This document shows, piece by piece, positions 1-9,618 of a stretch of 24,000 nucleotides of DNA. The translations under genes were made by a program, and so were the position numbers. Under the pieces are notes generated by a model. The model did no database searches. It worked only from the letters and a program-made list of their open reading frames with translations, and was not told the origin of the DNA. Positions within the stretch are counted from its first letter, which is position 1, and every line of letters starts with the position of its first letter. The stretch comes from Coleofasciculus sp. E2-BRE-01 (GTDB taxonomy: Bacteria > Cyanobacteriota > Cyanobacteriia > Cyanobacteriales > Coleofasciculaceae), in NCBI GenBank assembly GCA_040221695.1, contig JAVKEA010000190.1; one strand, 5' to 3'.

Positions 1-2318
1 CGTAAAATTTCGTGACGACGCACAATTTCATTAAGACTGCGTTCTAACAACGTCACCTTTAGCGAACCTTCTAAGCGAATAGCAAATGAAATGTTGTAAG
101 CAGGATTACCTGGCTCTAATTGGTCAATAAACCACAGCCGCTGCTGGGCAAAAGAGAGGGGGTGAATATTCGTGTTTGTCGGGACTTTTTTAAGGGTGAG
201 TGATGGTATACAATCTGCCGATTTCAGTTGTTCCAGTATCTTAATCGCCCATTGGGCAATGCTTAATCCTTCAAAAAAGTCCCCTATCGATACGGTTACT
301 TTCAGATCAACTTCAATCCGGTTTTTCAACTCAAACACTCTTAAAGAATCCAATCCCAAACTGCTTAAGGAGTGCTGGAGGTTGATTTTAGACGGTATTA
401 TTTGCATCACCTGAGCCACCAACTTCTGAAGATAAGACTCTAGAAGTAACTGACCCTCACCCGGTGGAAGAGATAGGAGAGCATCGCGATTAAGACTAGG
501 AATTGTTTCTACAAAACCAGCAACGTTCAGGATACTACGTTCTATGATAATCAGATTGCCTGCCAAGAACTTAGCTTTACAAGCACGACGTTGAATCTTA
601 CCACTAGACGTCTTGGGTATACTCCCAGGCTTAATTAAAACCACTCCATAAACTTGCACTTCATGGTCTTCAGTCACAGCCTGACGAATGGTGGCGGTTA
701 CTTCCTCAATATTAGGTTTGGCGCGAAACTCCAGTTCTTGAACCACAACCAATCGTTCTTCATTGTCAACCTCTACCGTAAACGCTGCACCACTTCTTGT
801 TCTCAGGGACGGATGACTACGTTCTACTGTCCGTTCAATATCTTGGGGGTAAAGATTACGACCGCGAATAATAATTAAATCCTTCAATCGACCCGTAATA
901 AAGAGTTCCCCATTCTGTAAAAAACCTAAGTCTCCTGTCCGCAAAAATGGTCCTTGACCTGTATCGGATAAATAGGCGCGGAATGTTTTTTTTGTCTCTT
1001 CCTGTTGATGCCAATAACCATAACCGATACTGGCACTGGATACCCAGATTTCGCCAATCTCATTGGGTAGACATTGGGTTAAGGTTTCAGGATGAACAAT
1101 ATGAATTGTCTGATCCGGTAGGGTTTGACCGCAACCGACTAAAGCGTAAATTGTTTTATTTTGATGCTCGGTGCTGGCTTCAATCGCTTGATTGCGTTCT
1201 AGCGCATCTCCTTGAATCGTTTTGTACACGGGTGGAGCCGTTTTTCGACCCCCAGATACCATCAAACTTGCTTCTGCCATCCCATAACAGGGATAGAAGG
1301 CTTCCGGACGAAAGCCGCAGGGGGCAAATTTGGTACAGAATTTCTGCAAGGTTTCCGGTTGGATAGGTTCAGCACCATTAAACGCGACATCCCAGCGACT
1401 TAAATCTAGGGTTTCTAGTTGCTCTGGCGTAATTCTTTGCAGACATAATTCATAGGCAAAATTGGGTCCACCACTGGTTGTACCTTGGTAACGGGAAATG
1501 GCTTGCAACCAACGGTAAGGACGTTGGAGAAATGCCGCTGGAGGCATTAAGATGCAAGGAAATCCGCCATACAAGGGTTGCAGGATGCCCCCAATTAACC
1601 CCATGTCATGGTACGTCGGCAACCACGACACAAATTTACTCTGAGGCGAATGTTCCATGAGACGGTACGTCATGGCGGCATTATGTAGCAGGTTACCATG
1701 ACTGAGCATGACTCCCTTGGGTGTCCCGGTAGACCCTGATGTATATTGCAGAAAGGCTAATGTATCTGTGGTTATTGAAGGCTTTTGCCAACTTTCTTCT
1801 AGTCCATTGCCCAGACTATCAGTCGTCAGCCACTGTAAATCCCCAAGGGCAGTTTTTTCAGCAAGTAGAGATTGCACCTTAGACAAGGTTGCTGTTGTCG
1901 TCAGAGCGATCGCGGCTTGAGCGTTTGCCACAACTGCCTGTATCCTGGGCATATTCCGTTGGTTGCGAGGTGGGTAAGCCGGAACTGCAACCACCCCAGC
2001 GTACAGACACCCAAAAAATGCTGCCAGATACTCTAACCCTGGTGGATACAGCAATAGGGCGCACTCACCACTTAAACCCATTGCTTGAAGTTGAGAGGCG
2101 ATCGCTCTTGCCTGCCGATCTAACTCTCGATATGTCAAGCGATCGCCTTCGGTTTCGCCATCGGGCAAAAAGGTGAAAGCCACTTGGTTCGGTTGGTGTA
2201 GCGTTCGTTGACGCAGCAGATCCACCCAGGTTGAACTATTCAGGAGGATTTCTGAACACAGGCTTGAAGATTGGATGCGTTTACTTTGCATACTTGGTGC
2301 AACCCTGAACTTTTGCAT
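1..2318 (-). CDS. NRPS/PKS-type initiation protein: fatty-acyl-AMP ligase - acyl carrier protein - start of condensation domain (continues beyond left edge)
   Basis: Manual minus-strand translation gives MQSKRIQSSSLCSEILLNSSTWVDLLRQR..., then LAFLQYTSGSTGTPKGVMLSHGNL (adenylation P-loop motif), SWLPTYHDMGLIGGI (FAAL/acyl-CoA ligase motif), LRTGDLGF and KDLIIIRGRNLYPQDIE. Then a carrier domain (SLGLDSLR, with the phosphopantetheine Ser) and LSFAQQRLWLIDQ (condensation C1 motif) near position 150. Absent from the ORF track because it is open at the window edge. Start is ATG at 2318 or the in-frame ATG at 2291. Confidence 0.9.
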   Translation of the reverse strand, partial: MQKFRVAPSMQSKRIQSSSLCSEILLNSSTWVDLLRQRTLHQPNQVAFTFLPDGETEGDRLTYRELDRQARAIASQLQAMGLSGECALLLYPPGLEYLAAFFGCLYAGVVAVPAYPPRNQRNMPRIQAVVANAQAAIALTTTATLSKVQSLLAEKTALGDLQWLTTDSLGNGLEESWQKPSITTDTLAFLQYTSGSTGTPKGVMLSHGNLLHNAAMTYRLMEHSPQSKFVSWLPTYHDMGLIGGILQPLYGGFPCILMPPAAFLQRPYRWLQAISRYQGTTSGGPNFAYELCLQRITPEQLETLDLSRWDVAFNGAEPIQPETLQKFCTKFAPCGFRPEAFYPCYGMAEASLMVSGGRKTAPPVYKTIQGDALERNQAIEASTEHQNKTIYALVGCGQTLPDQTIHIVHPETLTQCLPNEIGEIWVSSASIGYGYWHQQEETKKTFRAYLSDTGQGPFLRTGDLGFLQNGELFITGRLKDLIIIRGRNLYPQDIERTVERSHPSLRTRSGAAFTVEVDNEERLVVVQELEFRAKPNIEEVTATIRQAVTEDHEVQVYGVVLIKPGSIPKTSSGKIQRRACKAKFLAGNLIIIERSILNVAGFVETIPSLNRDALLSLPPGEGQLLLESYLQKLVAQVMQIIPSKINLQHSLSSLGLDSLRVFELKNRIEVDLKVTVSIGDFFEGLSIAQWAIKILEQLKSADCIPSLTLKKVPTNTNIHPLSFAQQRLWFIDQLEPGNPAYNISFAIRLEGSLKVTLLERSLNEIVRRHEIL

Positions 2319-2866
2319 CTGACGATTTCAGCGATATCAAATCCCGTCAAACTGGATACCATCGATTCGGTACTTCTAATACAGATTGCTCGCTGTGGTG
2401 ATCAAGACAAGAGTTTATCCAAAGGCTCTGGTTTGATCGTCTCATATCATGTCCCTACGATTGCCCATAATTGCAATGCTGCAATAACAGGGGTTTCAGG
2501 CGTTTTTATTAGGGGTGTTTGACCGGACATGATATCAACGGATAGCCGTGCCAGCACAAGATGTTATGCCGCACTGTACGGCTATGGCGTTTTCCCACGC
2601 GCTTATTGATATCAATTTTTAATTAACCTCTGTTAAAGTACAGCAGGTTTCTCAATCTCGTCAAGCCTTAATCGAAAATCTTTTTCATTTATTTATGCCT
2701 CCCTTAGTCTGTCCCAATCTTGCCCAGAGGACCGGAAAGACCAAGAGCCTTATCTAGAGAGGGTTTCGGCAGAATTGTGATCCTGTCCGATCACCGTCTT
2801 TATCAAATCTTCATAATATTTCTCTTGACAGGGGTAACAGCGCCAGTTTAGGTTTAGCTCTTGCTG

Positions 2867-2882
2867 ATGCAAATAGTTATCA
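2867..2882 (+). promoter_or_regulatory. Putative iron-responsive operator upstream of the TonB-dependent receptor
   Basis: ATGCAAATAGTTATCA, 12/16 match to the tonB-upstream motif, 46 bp before the receptor ATG. Confidence 0.3.
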
Positions 2883-2928
2883 ATAAATTAGATGGCGCGA
2901 TCGCGCAATTGGGTGTGTAAGGAGAGAA

Positions 2929-5487
2929 ATGAAGCGAACGAAATTACTGCCGTACTTATTGCTGAGCAACTCAGTTGGTGTCTTAGTGGCAACGTCAGCC
3001 TTAGCTGAGGTTACACCAATCAGTCAATCTCCAATAATAGAACGTTCTCATCTTAGTGAGATAGAGTTTCCCCTGACCCCCGTTAAAGGACGAGTTCAGC
3101 AACCTGAGTCAGGGAAATCAGCAGTCGTTGCCCAAGTCGATGGGAACCTTGTCCAAATAACGGGTGTACAGCTTAACCCAACAGAGATGGGGTTGGACAT
3201 CATATTAGAAACCTCAGAAGGAGTCGCGCTGCAAGCCGAAACCAGGAGTGAAGACAATACCTTAATTGCTGATATCCCTAATGCCGTGCTGCTACTTCCA
3301 GAGGGTGAGGCGTTTCGCCAAGACAATCCCGTTGAAGGCATTGCCTCAGTGATAGTAACACAGCAGGATGTCAACAGTATTCGGGTGACGGTGACGGGTA
3401 CAGAAACAATACCGACAGCCGAAGTAATGTCAAGTGCATCCGGATTAGTCTTCAGCCTGACAACTGCCCCGGATACCGCTGAAATGCCGCCTGATGCCCC
3501 AGAAGAAATTGAAATTGTGGTAACGGCTGAGCCAGAAACCGGATATCGCGTCCCTAGGGCGACAACGGGGACAAGAACAGACACCCCAATCCGCGACGTT
3601 CCCCAATCTATTCAAGTTATCCCCCAAGAAGTGATTGAAGACCGTCAAGTCACCCGTCTTAGCGAATTAGCTGATAACGTCAGTGGTGTACAACCGTCTG
3701 TCGGTTATGGTGGACTTCCTTCCAATCAAACCTTTATTCGCGGTTTTCGCTCCGGAGTAAACCTCCGCGATGGTTTTCGGGATTTCGGTTTTTTGTCTCC
3801 TCGTGATGTTAGTAACATTGAGCGAGTTGAGTTTCTCAGAGGTCCAGCATCGGTTCTTTATGGCAACCTTGAGCCAGGTGGAATTGTCAATACCGTAACC
3901 GAACAGCCCCTACCCTATCCCTTCTACGAAGTGAGCATGACGGTTGGCAATTATGATTTTTACCGCCCAACCATTGACCTGACAGGACCACTTACAGAAA
4001 ATAGAGAGCTGCTTTATCGCCTCAACGTCGCCTACGAAAATGCAGACAGTTACCGGGACTTCAATGAGAACGAAAGTATCTTTATTGCTCCCGTGCTAAC
4101 TTGGAACATTGGACCGCGTACCACTCTGACCACAGAAGTTGAGTATCAAAACTATAACTACGTTTTCGATCGTGGCTTTCGACCAGAACCGGAATTTCTG
4201 GAACTCCCTCGGAGCCGATTTTTAGGAGAACCCGATTTTAACGATGCTGAAGTTGACTCCTTCTTTGGTAGCTATAGCTTTCAACATGAGTTTAGTGACA
4301 ACTGGAAATTCCGCCAAGGGTTCAGCGCTATTATCGTCAACAATGATATCCGGGAAGTCAACCTTCGCCCCTTAGAGGATGATCGACGCACCCTGCCCCG
4401 TCGCGCTTCCATGTCCGATGAATCTCAGGAAAACTATACGCTACAAAACGAATTTATCGCTGAATTGCAGACAGGCTCTATCGGTCATCAAATTCTGTTC
4501 GGACTAGACCTGAGCCGCTATGAATTCACCTACGACTTTTTCGGAGCGCCTCTAGCTTCCATTGATATCTTCGATCCGGAGTATGGAGCAGAACCTGGGG
4601 ACTTTGAGCCAAGCTTTGCTGAAGAATACGGCTCTAACACCATTGCCTTTTACATGCAAGATTTGATTGAGGTGTTGCCTCAGTTAAAAATTCTAGTAGG
4701 GGGTCGCTTGGACTGGAGTGATATCTTCTACAGAAACCGTTTTACCGATGAATCCATCAATGATCTATCAGAGTTTGCCTTCTCACCGCGAGCTGGCATA
4801 GTGTATCAGCCAACTGACTCCACCTCCCTTTATTTCAGTTGGGCGAAGTCATTTAATCCCCAGTTTTTCAGTAGGAGTCGGACAGACGAGGCGTTTGAAC
4901 CCGAACGGGGCGAACAATTTGAAATTGGGGTGAAGCAAGAGTTTTTGGATGGCAGACTGGCAGCTAACTTGGCACTTTACGAAATCACCAAGCAAAATGT
5001 TCTAACGCCTGATCCAATTGATCCTATCTTCAGCATTCAGGCGGGAGAACAAACAAGTCGGGGGATTGAATTGGAAATCGTAGGTGAAATCTTACCGGGA
5101 TGGAATATTATCGCCACCTACGCTCACACTGATGCCTTTGTCAGTGAGGATAACACGATTCCAGAAGGCGATCGCTTGGTTGGTATCCCGCTCAATAGTG
5201 CGAGCCTCTGGACAACTTATGAAATTCAACAGGGTGGTTTGCAGGGTTTAGGGTTTGGTGTCGGCGTCTTCTTCGTCGGTGACAGGGAAGCCCGACTGCC
5301 TAATACAGGCTTGGAAATTCCATCCTATGTCAGAGCAGATGCTCGTCTTTCTTATCGACGAGACAATTGGCAAGCTGCCGTTAACTTCAAGAATCTTTTC
5401 AACACCGAATATTACGAAACCCAAGGATTCTTTCTCACTCCCCAAGCTCCTTTCACGATTTTGGGAACGATTGCGGTGGAGTTTTAA
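2929..5487 (+). CDS. TonB-dependent siderophore receptor with N-terminal signal peptide and AMIN domain
   Basis: 852 aa. Signal-like N-terminus, AMIN-like segment, TonB-box-like EIEIVVTAEPE, plug motifs (IRDVPQSIQVIPQEVIEDRQV, VERVEFLRGPASVLYGNLEPGGIVNTVTEQP) and C-terminal barrel ending ...PFTILGTIAVEF. Confidence 0.95.
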   Translation: MKRTKLLPYLLLSNSVGVLVATSALAEVTPISQSPIIERSHLSEIEFPLTPVKGRVQQPESGKSAVVAQVDGNLVQITGVQLNPTEMGLDIILETSEGVALQAETRSEDNTLIADIPNAVLLLPEGEAFRQDNPVEGIASVIVTQQDVNSIRVTVTGTETIPTAEVMSSASGLVFSLTTAPDTAEMPPDAPEEIEIVVTAEPETGYRVPRATTGTRTDTPIRDVPQSIQVIPQEVIEDRQVTRLSELADNVSGVQPSVGYGGLPSNQTFIRGFRSGVNLRDGFRDFGFLSPRDVSNIERVEFLRGPASVLYGNLEPGGIVNTVTEQPLPYPFYEVSMTVGNYDFYRPTIDLTGPLTENRELLYRLNVAYENADSYRDFNENESIFIAPVLTWNIGPRTTLTTEVEYQNYNYVFDRGFRPEPEFLELPRSRFLGEPDFNDAEVDSFFGSYSFQHEFSDNWKFRQGFSAIIVNNDIREVNLRPLEDDRRTLPRRASMSDESQENYTLQNEFIAELQTGSIGHQILFGLDLSRYEFTYDFFGAPLASIDIFDPEYGAEPGDFEPSFAEEYGSNTIAFYMQDLIEVLPQLKILVGGRLDWSDIFYRNRFTDESINDLSEFAFSPRAGIVYQPTDSTSLYFSWAKSFNPQFFSRSRTDEAFEPERGEQFEIGVKQEFLDGRLAANLALYEITKQNVLTPDPIDPIFSIQAGEQTSRGIELEIVGEILPGWNIIATYAHTDAFVSEDNTIPEGDRLVGIPLNSASLWTTYEIQQGGLQGLGFGVGVFFVGDREARLPNTGLEIPSYVRADARLSYRRDNWQAAVNFKNLFNTEYYETQGFFLTPQAPFTILGTIAVEF

Positions 5488-5492
5488 GTATC

Positions 5493-5557
5493 TTTGAACG
5501 AAATAGTTGAGCGCAGTCCCCATCTAGAATCTTTGATTTAGATGGGGTGCGTTCAAA
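5493..5557. promoter_or_regulatory. Nested inverted repeat between receptor and MFS genes
   Basis: Inner CCCCATCTA (5518-5526)/TAGATGGGG (5539-5547); outer TTTGAACG (5493-5500)/CGTTCAAA (5550-5557); no T-tract. Confidence 0.6.
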
Positions 5558-5690
5558 CGAATGGCTCTAAAAATCCATGCCGGTGAAAGTTGTCCTCTGC
5601 TTAAAACACAAGAGCGGGTTGAGCTAATTAGACAAACAATGGCTAAGGCTGATTAGATGTCTTGCGTTTATTCAGGAACAGAGAATAGCC

Positions 5691-7016
5691 ATGAACTCAC
5701 AGCATCGACCGAACAGCCTACACACATTTACTATCATTTGGATTGGGCAAGTCGCCTCAATCCTGGGTTCCCGAATGACGAACTTTGCCGTGATCATTTG
5801 GGCGTGGCAAATCACTGGCGAGGCAACACCCTTATCCTTACTCGCCTTTTTTACCCAAATCCCAATCCTCATTGCTGCTGCCTTCGCTGGAGTCATTATT
5901 GACCACTGGAATCGCAAGCTGATGATGATTGTCGGAGATGTCATGGCAGGACTGTCCACAGTTATTATTCTTGTGCTATTCCTAACTGGCAATCTGGCAA
6001 TTTGGCATCTCTATCTAACGGGTGCTGTCAATGGGTTGTTTGGCTACCTCCAGGAACTGGCGTTCTCGGCATCCCAAGCCCTAATTGTTCCTAAACAGCA
6101 TTACGTCAGAGTTGGTGCTATGGGTTCAATGAAGACCTTTGGCTCTGGTGTCCTCGCCCCAGCGCTGGCAGGCGTACTCTACTACATCATTGGTCTTTCC
6201 GGCATTTTGATCATTGACTTCATTACCTTCCTGATTGCCATCGGCACGCTAACCCTCGTAAAAATTCCTCAACCCAAACCAAGTGAAGTGAACCAAGCCA
6301 GCACTGGCAAACGTTGGCAGCAATTGACGTTGGGTTTCCGTTACCTGTTTAACCGTCCTAGTCTCATTGCTCTCCAACTCTTTGCCCTGAGTTATATCTT
6401 CGTTGATAGAGCATCTGAGGTTGTTGCACCGATGATTTTAGCTCGCAGTGGCAATAATACGGCGGTACTCGGTAGCGTCCAAGGAGCTGTTGGTCTTGGC
6501 GGTTTAGTGGGAGCAATTCTGCTAAGTCTTTGGGGAGGACCCAAGCGTCGCATCCAGGGTCTGTTAATCGGTAGAGCGTTAGTCTTTAGCGGTGAAATGT
6601 TCTTGGGTTTAGGGCGTTTGCCCTCTATTTGGATGGGAGCCAACTTTGGTGCGGGTTTATTTAAACCCCTAGCGAATAGCTGTGAAAGTGCCCTTTGGCT
6701 GTCTAAAGTGGAACCGAACGTGCAGGGACGAGTGTTTGCTGCCAGTTCTTTTCTCGAAGGAATCATCTCACCACTAGGGCTATTGATTGCTGGTCCCTTA
6801 GCCGACTATATTTTTGAGCCAGCGATGATGCCGGGAGGCAGTCTCGCTCCCATCTTGGGGAATGTGTTTGGTACAGGTGCAGGTAGTGGGATGGCACTTC
6901 AACTGACCCTCTTCTCGTTTATTGTCGTCCTCATCTGTCTGGGTAGTTATTCTGCCTTCCCAGCATTGCGGGATATAGATGATATTTTGCCCGACCATGA
7001 TGTCGAGGCGAAGTGA
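5691..7016 (+). CDS. MFS transporter, EntS-like (candidate siderophore exporter)
   Basis: 441 aa with about 12 hydrophobic segments, WIGQVASILGSRMTNFAVIIW start and DHWNRKLMMIVGDVMAG loop typical of MFS_3/EntS-type permeases; placed between the TonB receptor and the acylase. Confidence 0.85.
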   Translation: MNSQHRPNSLHTFTIIWIGQVASILGSRMTNFAVIIWAWQITGEATPLSLLAFFTQIPILIAAAFAGVIIDHWNRKLMMIVGDVMAGLSTVIILVLFLTGNLAIWHLYLTGAVNGLFGYLQELAFSASQALIVPKQHYVRVGAMGSMKTFGSGVLAPALAGVLYYIIGLSGILIIDFITFLIAIGTLTLVKIPQPKPSEVNQASTGKRWQQLTLGFRYLFNRPSLIALQLFALSYIFVDRASEVVAPMILARSGNNTAVLGSVQGAVGLGGLVGAILLSLWGGPKRRIQGLLIGRALVFSGEMFLGLGRLPSIWMGANFGAGLFKPLANSCESALWLSKVEPNVQGRVFAASSFLEGIISPLGLLIAGPLADYIFEPAMMPGGSLAPILGNVFGTGAGSGMALQLTLFSFIVVLICLGSYSAFPALRDIDDILPDHDVEAK

Positions 7017-7036
7017 AGAATAAGCAATAGGAAATT

Positions 7037-9142
7037 ATGTCTGTACAATCACGATCAGATAGGGGAACATTTCGACCTGTGGCTGGGCAACAAAAGACCG
7101 AAATCCTTTGGGATACCTATGGTGTTCCCCATATTTATGGTAAAGATGTCCAGAGTCTTTTCCACGCTTTTGGTTGGGCGCAAATGCACAGCCATGGTAA
7201 CTTGCTCTTGCGCTTCTACGGTCAAGCCCGTGGACGAGCAGCTGAATACTGGGGAGAAAACTATGTAGAATCTGACCAGTGGGTGCGAACAATGGGTGTT
7301 CCTAGTCGCGCCCAGCAATGGTACGATGCACAAAATCCGACGTTTCGCAACTACATTGATGCCTTTGCTGCTGGGATTAACACCTATACTCAAAACCATG
7401 CTGAGTTAATTGACAATGAGGTTAAGGGGGTGCTGCCTGTCACAGGCGTAGATGTGCTAGCTCATCTCCATCGCTTGCTTAATTTCACCTTTATTGTTGA
7501 ACCCCAGACTGTTGCCAGTTTAAGGGAAGAGTGGGAAAGTCCTCAGGATACTTCAAAAGAATTCAACACGCAAAACATCACACCCCAGAAACCCTTAGGA
7601 TCTAACGGTTGGGCGATCGCACCTTCTCGTTCTGCCAGTGGCAATGCTATGCTGCTAGCCAATCCCCACCTCCCTTGGTCAAATTTATTTCTCTGGTATG
7701 AAGCTCAGTTCAATGCCCCAGGTATCGATACCTACGGCGCAACTTTGGTTGGTATCCCAGTCTTAACGATTGGTTTCAATGATAATTTGGGCTGGACTCA
7801 CACGGTCAACAAATATAATGGGTGGGATGCCTACGAGCTAACCTTAGCTGACGGGGGCTACCGCTTTGACGGTAAAATTCACGCCTTTCAAACCGAAACA
7901 CAAACGCTAAACGTTAGGCAGCCTGATGGGACTCTACAGCAAAAACCCTTGACTGTACAATGTTGCGTCCATGGTCCAGTTATCGCCCAGAAGGAGGGTA
8001 AAGCCCTTGCCTTACGGGTGGTTGGTCTTGACCAGCCAGGGGCATTGGAGCAATGGTGGAGGATGGGGCTTGCCAAAAACCTAACTGAATTTGAAGCGGC
8101 AATCAAGCCCTTGCAGATTCCCATGTTCACGGTGATCTATGCGGATCGAGAGGGGCATATCATGCACCTATTTAACGGTCAAGTGCCAGTGCGTTCACAG
8201 GGCGATTATGCCTACTGGTCAGGCATTATTCCTGGTGACACCTCGACTACCTTGTGGACTCAATTTCACCCCTACGGTGATCTGCCTCGCGTTCTCGATC
8301 CCCAAAGTGGTTGGTTACAGAATGCAAATGACCCCCCTTGGACAACAACGTTTCCAGCACCCCTTAAACCCGATGATTATCCCTCCTATATAGCGCCGCG
8401 AGGTCCGGTGGAGTTTCGGGCGCAACACTCGGCGAAAATGCTCAAGTCAGATGAATGGATTTCCTTTGAGAAAATGGTTGAGTACAAACACTCGACCCAC
8501 GTAGAACTAGCGGAACGTCTGTTAGACGATCTAATTACGGCGGCACGGCAGCAAAGTGGAGAGGTAGCAAAAAACGCGGCGGATGTATTGGAAAACTGGG
8601 ATCGTAAAACAGAATCCGATAGTCGTGGCGCCGTGCTGTTTGCATTCTGGAGTGAAGAAGTCGATTTCTCTAACTTGTTTGCTAGTCCCTGGAATGAGCA
8701 AGAGCCATTAACTACACCCAATGGTCTTGCCGATCCGGTTAATGCCGTGACAGCCTTGGAAGCCGCTGCTCAAAGGGTTATGGCAACCTATAGAACACTG
8801 GACGTACCTTGGGGAGACGTTTTTCGGCTATGCTCTGGTAATTTAGACTTACCAGCCAATGGAGGTGAGGTTGGCATTTTCCGCAACCTCTGGTTTAGTC
8901 CTTTAGAAGACGGGCGTTTTGAAGCCATTGGTGGGGATTCCTATGTTGCCGCGATCGAGTTTTCTAATCCAGTCCGGGCGATGGCACTTACCAGTTATGG
9001 GAATGCCACTCAACCCAACTCACCCCATGTTGGCGATCAGCTAGAGCTGTTTGCCAAGAAACAGTTGCGACCGATTTGGCGATCGCGCCAGGAAATAGAA
9101 GCTCACTTGGCTACTCGCGAGGTCTTGACTGATGTGGAATAA
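7037..9142 (+). CDS. Penicillin acylase family protein (Ntn hydrolase; AHL-acylase/PvdQ superfamily)
   Basis: 701 aa. TEILWDTYGVPHIYGKD... and FGWAQMHSHGNLLLRFYGQARG N-terminal motifs; PLGSNGWAIAPSRSASGNAMLLANPHLPW with the G|SNGWA autoprocessing/nucleophile motif; C-terminal YGNATQPNSPHVGDQLELFAKKQLRP. Confidence 0.9.
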   Translation: MSVQSRSDRGTFRPVAGQQKTEILWDTYGVPHIYGKDVQSLFHAFGWAQMHSHGNLLLRFYGQARGRAAEYWGENYVESDQWVRTMGVPSRAQQWYDAQNPTFRNYIDAFAAGINTYTQNHAELIDNEVKGVLPVTGVDVLAHLHRLLNFTFIVEPQTVASLREEWESPQDTSKEFNTQNITPQKPLGSNGWAIAPSRSASGNAMLLANPHLPWSNLFLWYEAQFNAPGIDTYGATLVGIPVLTIGFNDNLGWTHTVNKYNGWDAYELTLADGGYRFDGKIHAFQTETQTLNVRQPDGTLQQKPLTVQCCVHGPVIAQKEGKALALRVVGLDQPGALEQWWRMGLAKNLTEFEAAIKPLQIPMFTVIYADREGHIMHLFNGQVPVRSQGDYAYWSGIIPGDTSTTLWTQFHPYGDLPRVLDPQSGWLQNANDPPWTTTFPAPLKPDDYPSYIAPRGPVEFRAQHSAKMLKSDEWISFEKMVEYKHSTHVELAERLLDDLITAARQQSGEVAKNAADVLENWDRKTESDSRGAVLFAFWSEEVDFSNLFASPWNEQEPLTTPNGLADPVNAVTALEAAAQRVMATYRTLDVPWGDVFRLCSGNLDLPANGGEVGIFRNLWFSPLEDGRFEAIGGDSYVAAIEFSNPVRAMALTSYGNATQPNSPHVGDQLELFAKKQLRPIWRSRQEIEAHLATREVLTDVE

Positions 9143-9197
9143 AACTACATCTGAAGTTCAATGTTTGTTGCAAAATTAAATAGATATTTTCTAGAAG

Positions 9198-9600
9198 ATG
9201 GATTACCTCGTTGACCCTGGGGTTACCTATCCTAAACTTAATCCCCAGGCAAACTTACGTTTGTTTTGTTTTCCCTACGCCGGAGGTGCTGCTCGGATAT
9301 TTCGGACGTGGAGTGATAGCTGTGCTAGAGAATGCCGAACTGATGCAGTTTATTCTGCCTATCCTGCGATCGGATTTTGCGGTACTTGAAACCTATGTTT
9401 ACACCCCTAAGTCACCCCTGAATTGTCCGATTTCCGCGTTTGGGGGTTCGGATGATCCAGAAGCGACTTGGGATGATTTGGAAGGATGGCGGATTCAGGC
9501 TAGGGCTGCATTCTCATTGCGTATGTTGCCTGGAGATCACTTCTTTTTGCATTCAGCCGAGAGGTTGCTGTTGCCAATTCTTGCCGAGAATTGTCATTGA
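9198..9600 (+). pseudogene. Type II thioesterase remnant (internal deletion and frameshift)
   Basis: Frame 9198 encodes NPQANLRLFCFPYAGGAARIFRTWSDS (TE II N-terminus). Frame 9211 resumes at AVLENAELMQFILPILRSDFAVLETYVYTP...PGDHFFLHSAERLLL (TE II C-terminus). The central part with GHSMG is absent. Confidence 0.88.
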
Positions 9601-9618
9601 CAAAGCGTGCGATCGCCT

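Noticed and set aside
172-2176. Several small plus-strand ORFs and the 61-aa minus ORF near 1879-2064
   Set aside because: They overlap the FAAL-ACP-C reading frame on the minus strand, which explains the whole segment.
3096-3584. 162-aa minus-strand ORF
   Set aside because: Antisense to the receptor's AMIN/plug region, which has strong family motifs on the plus strand.
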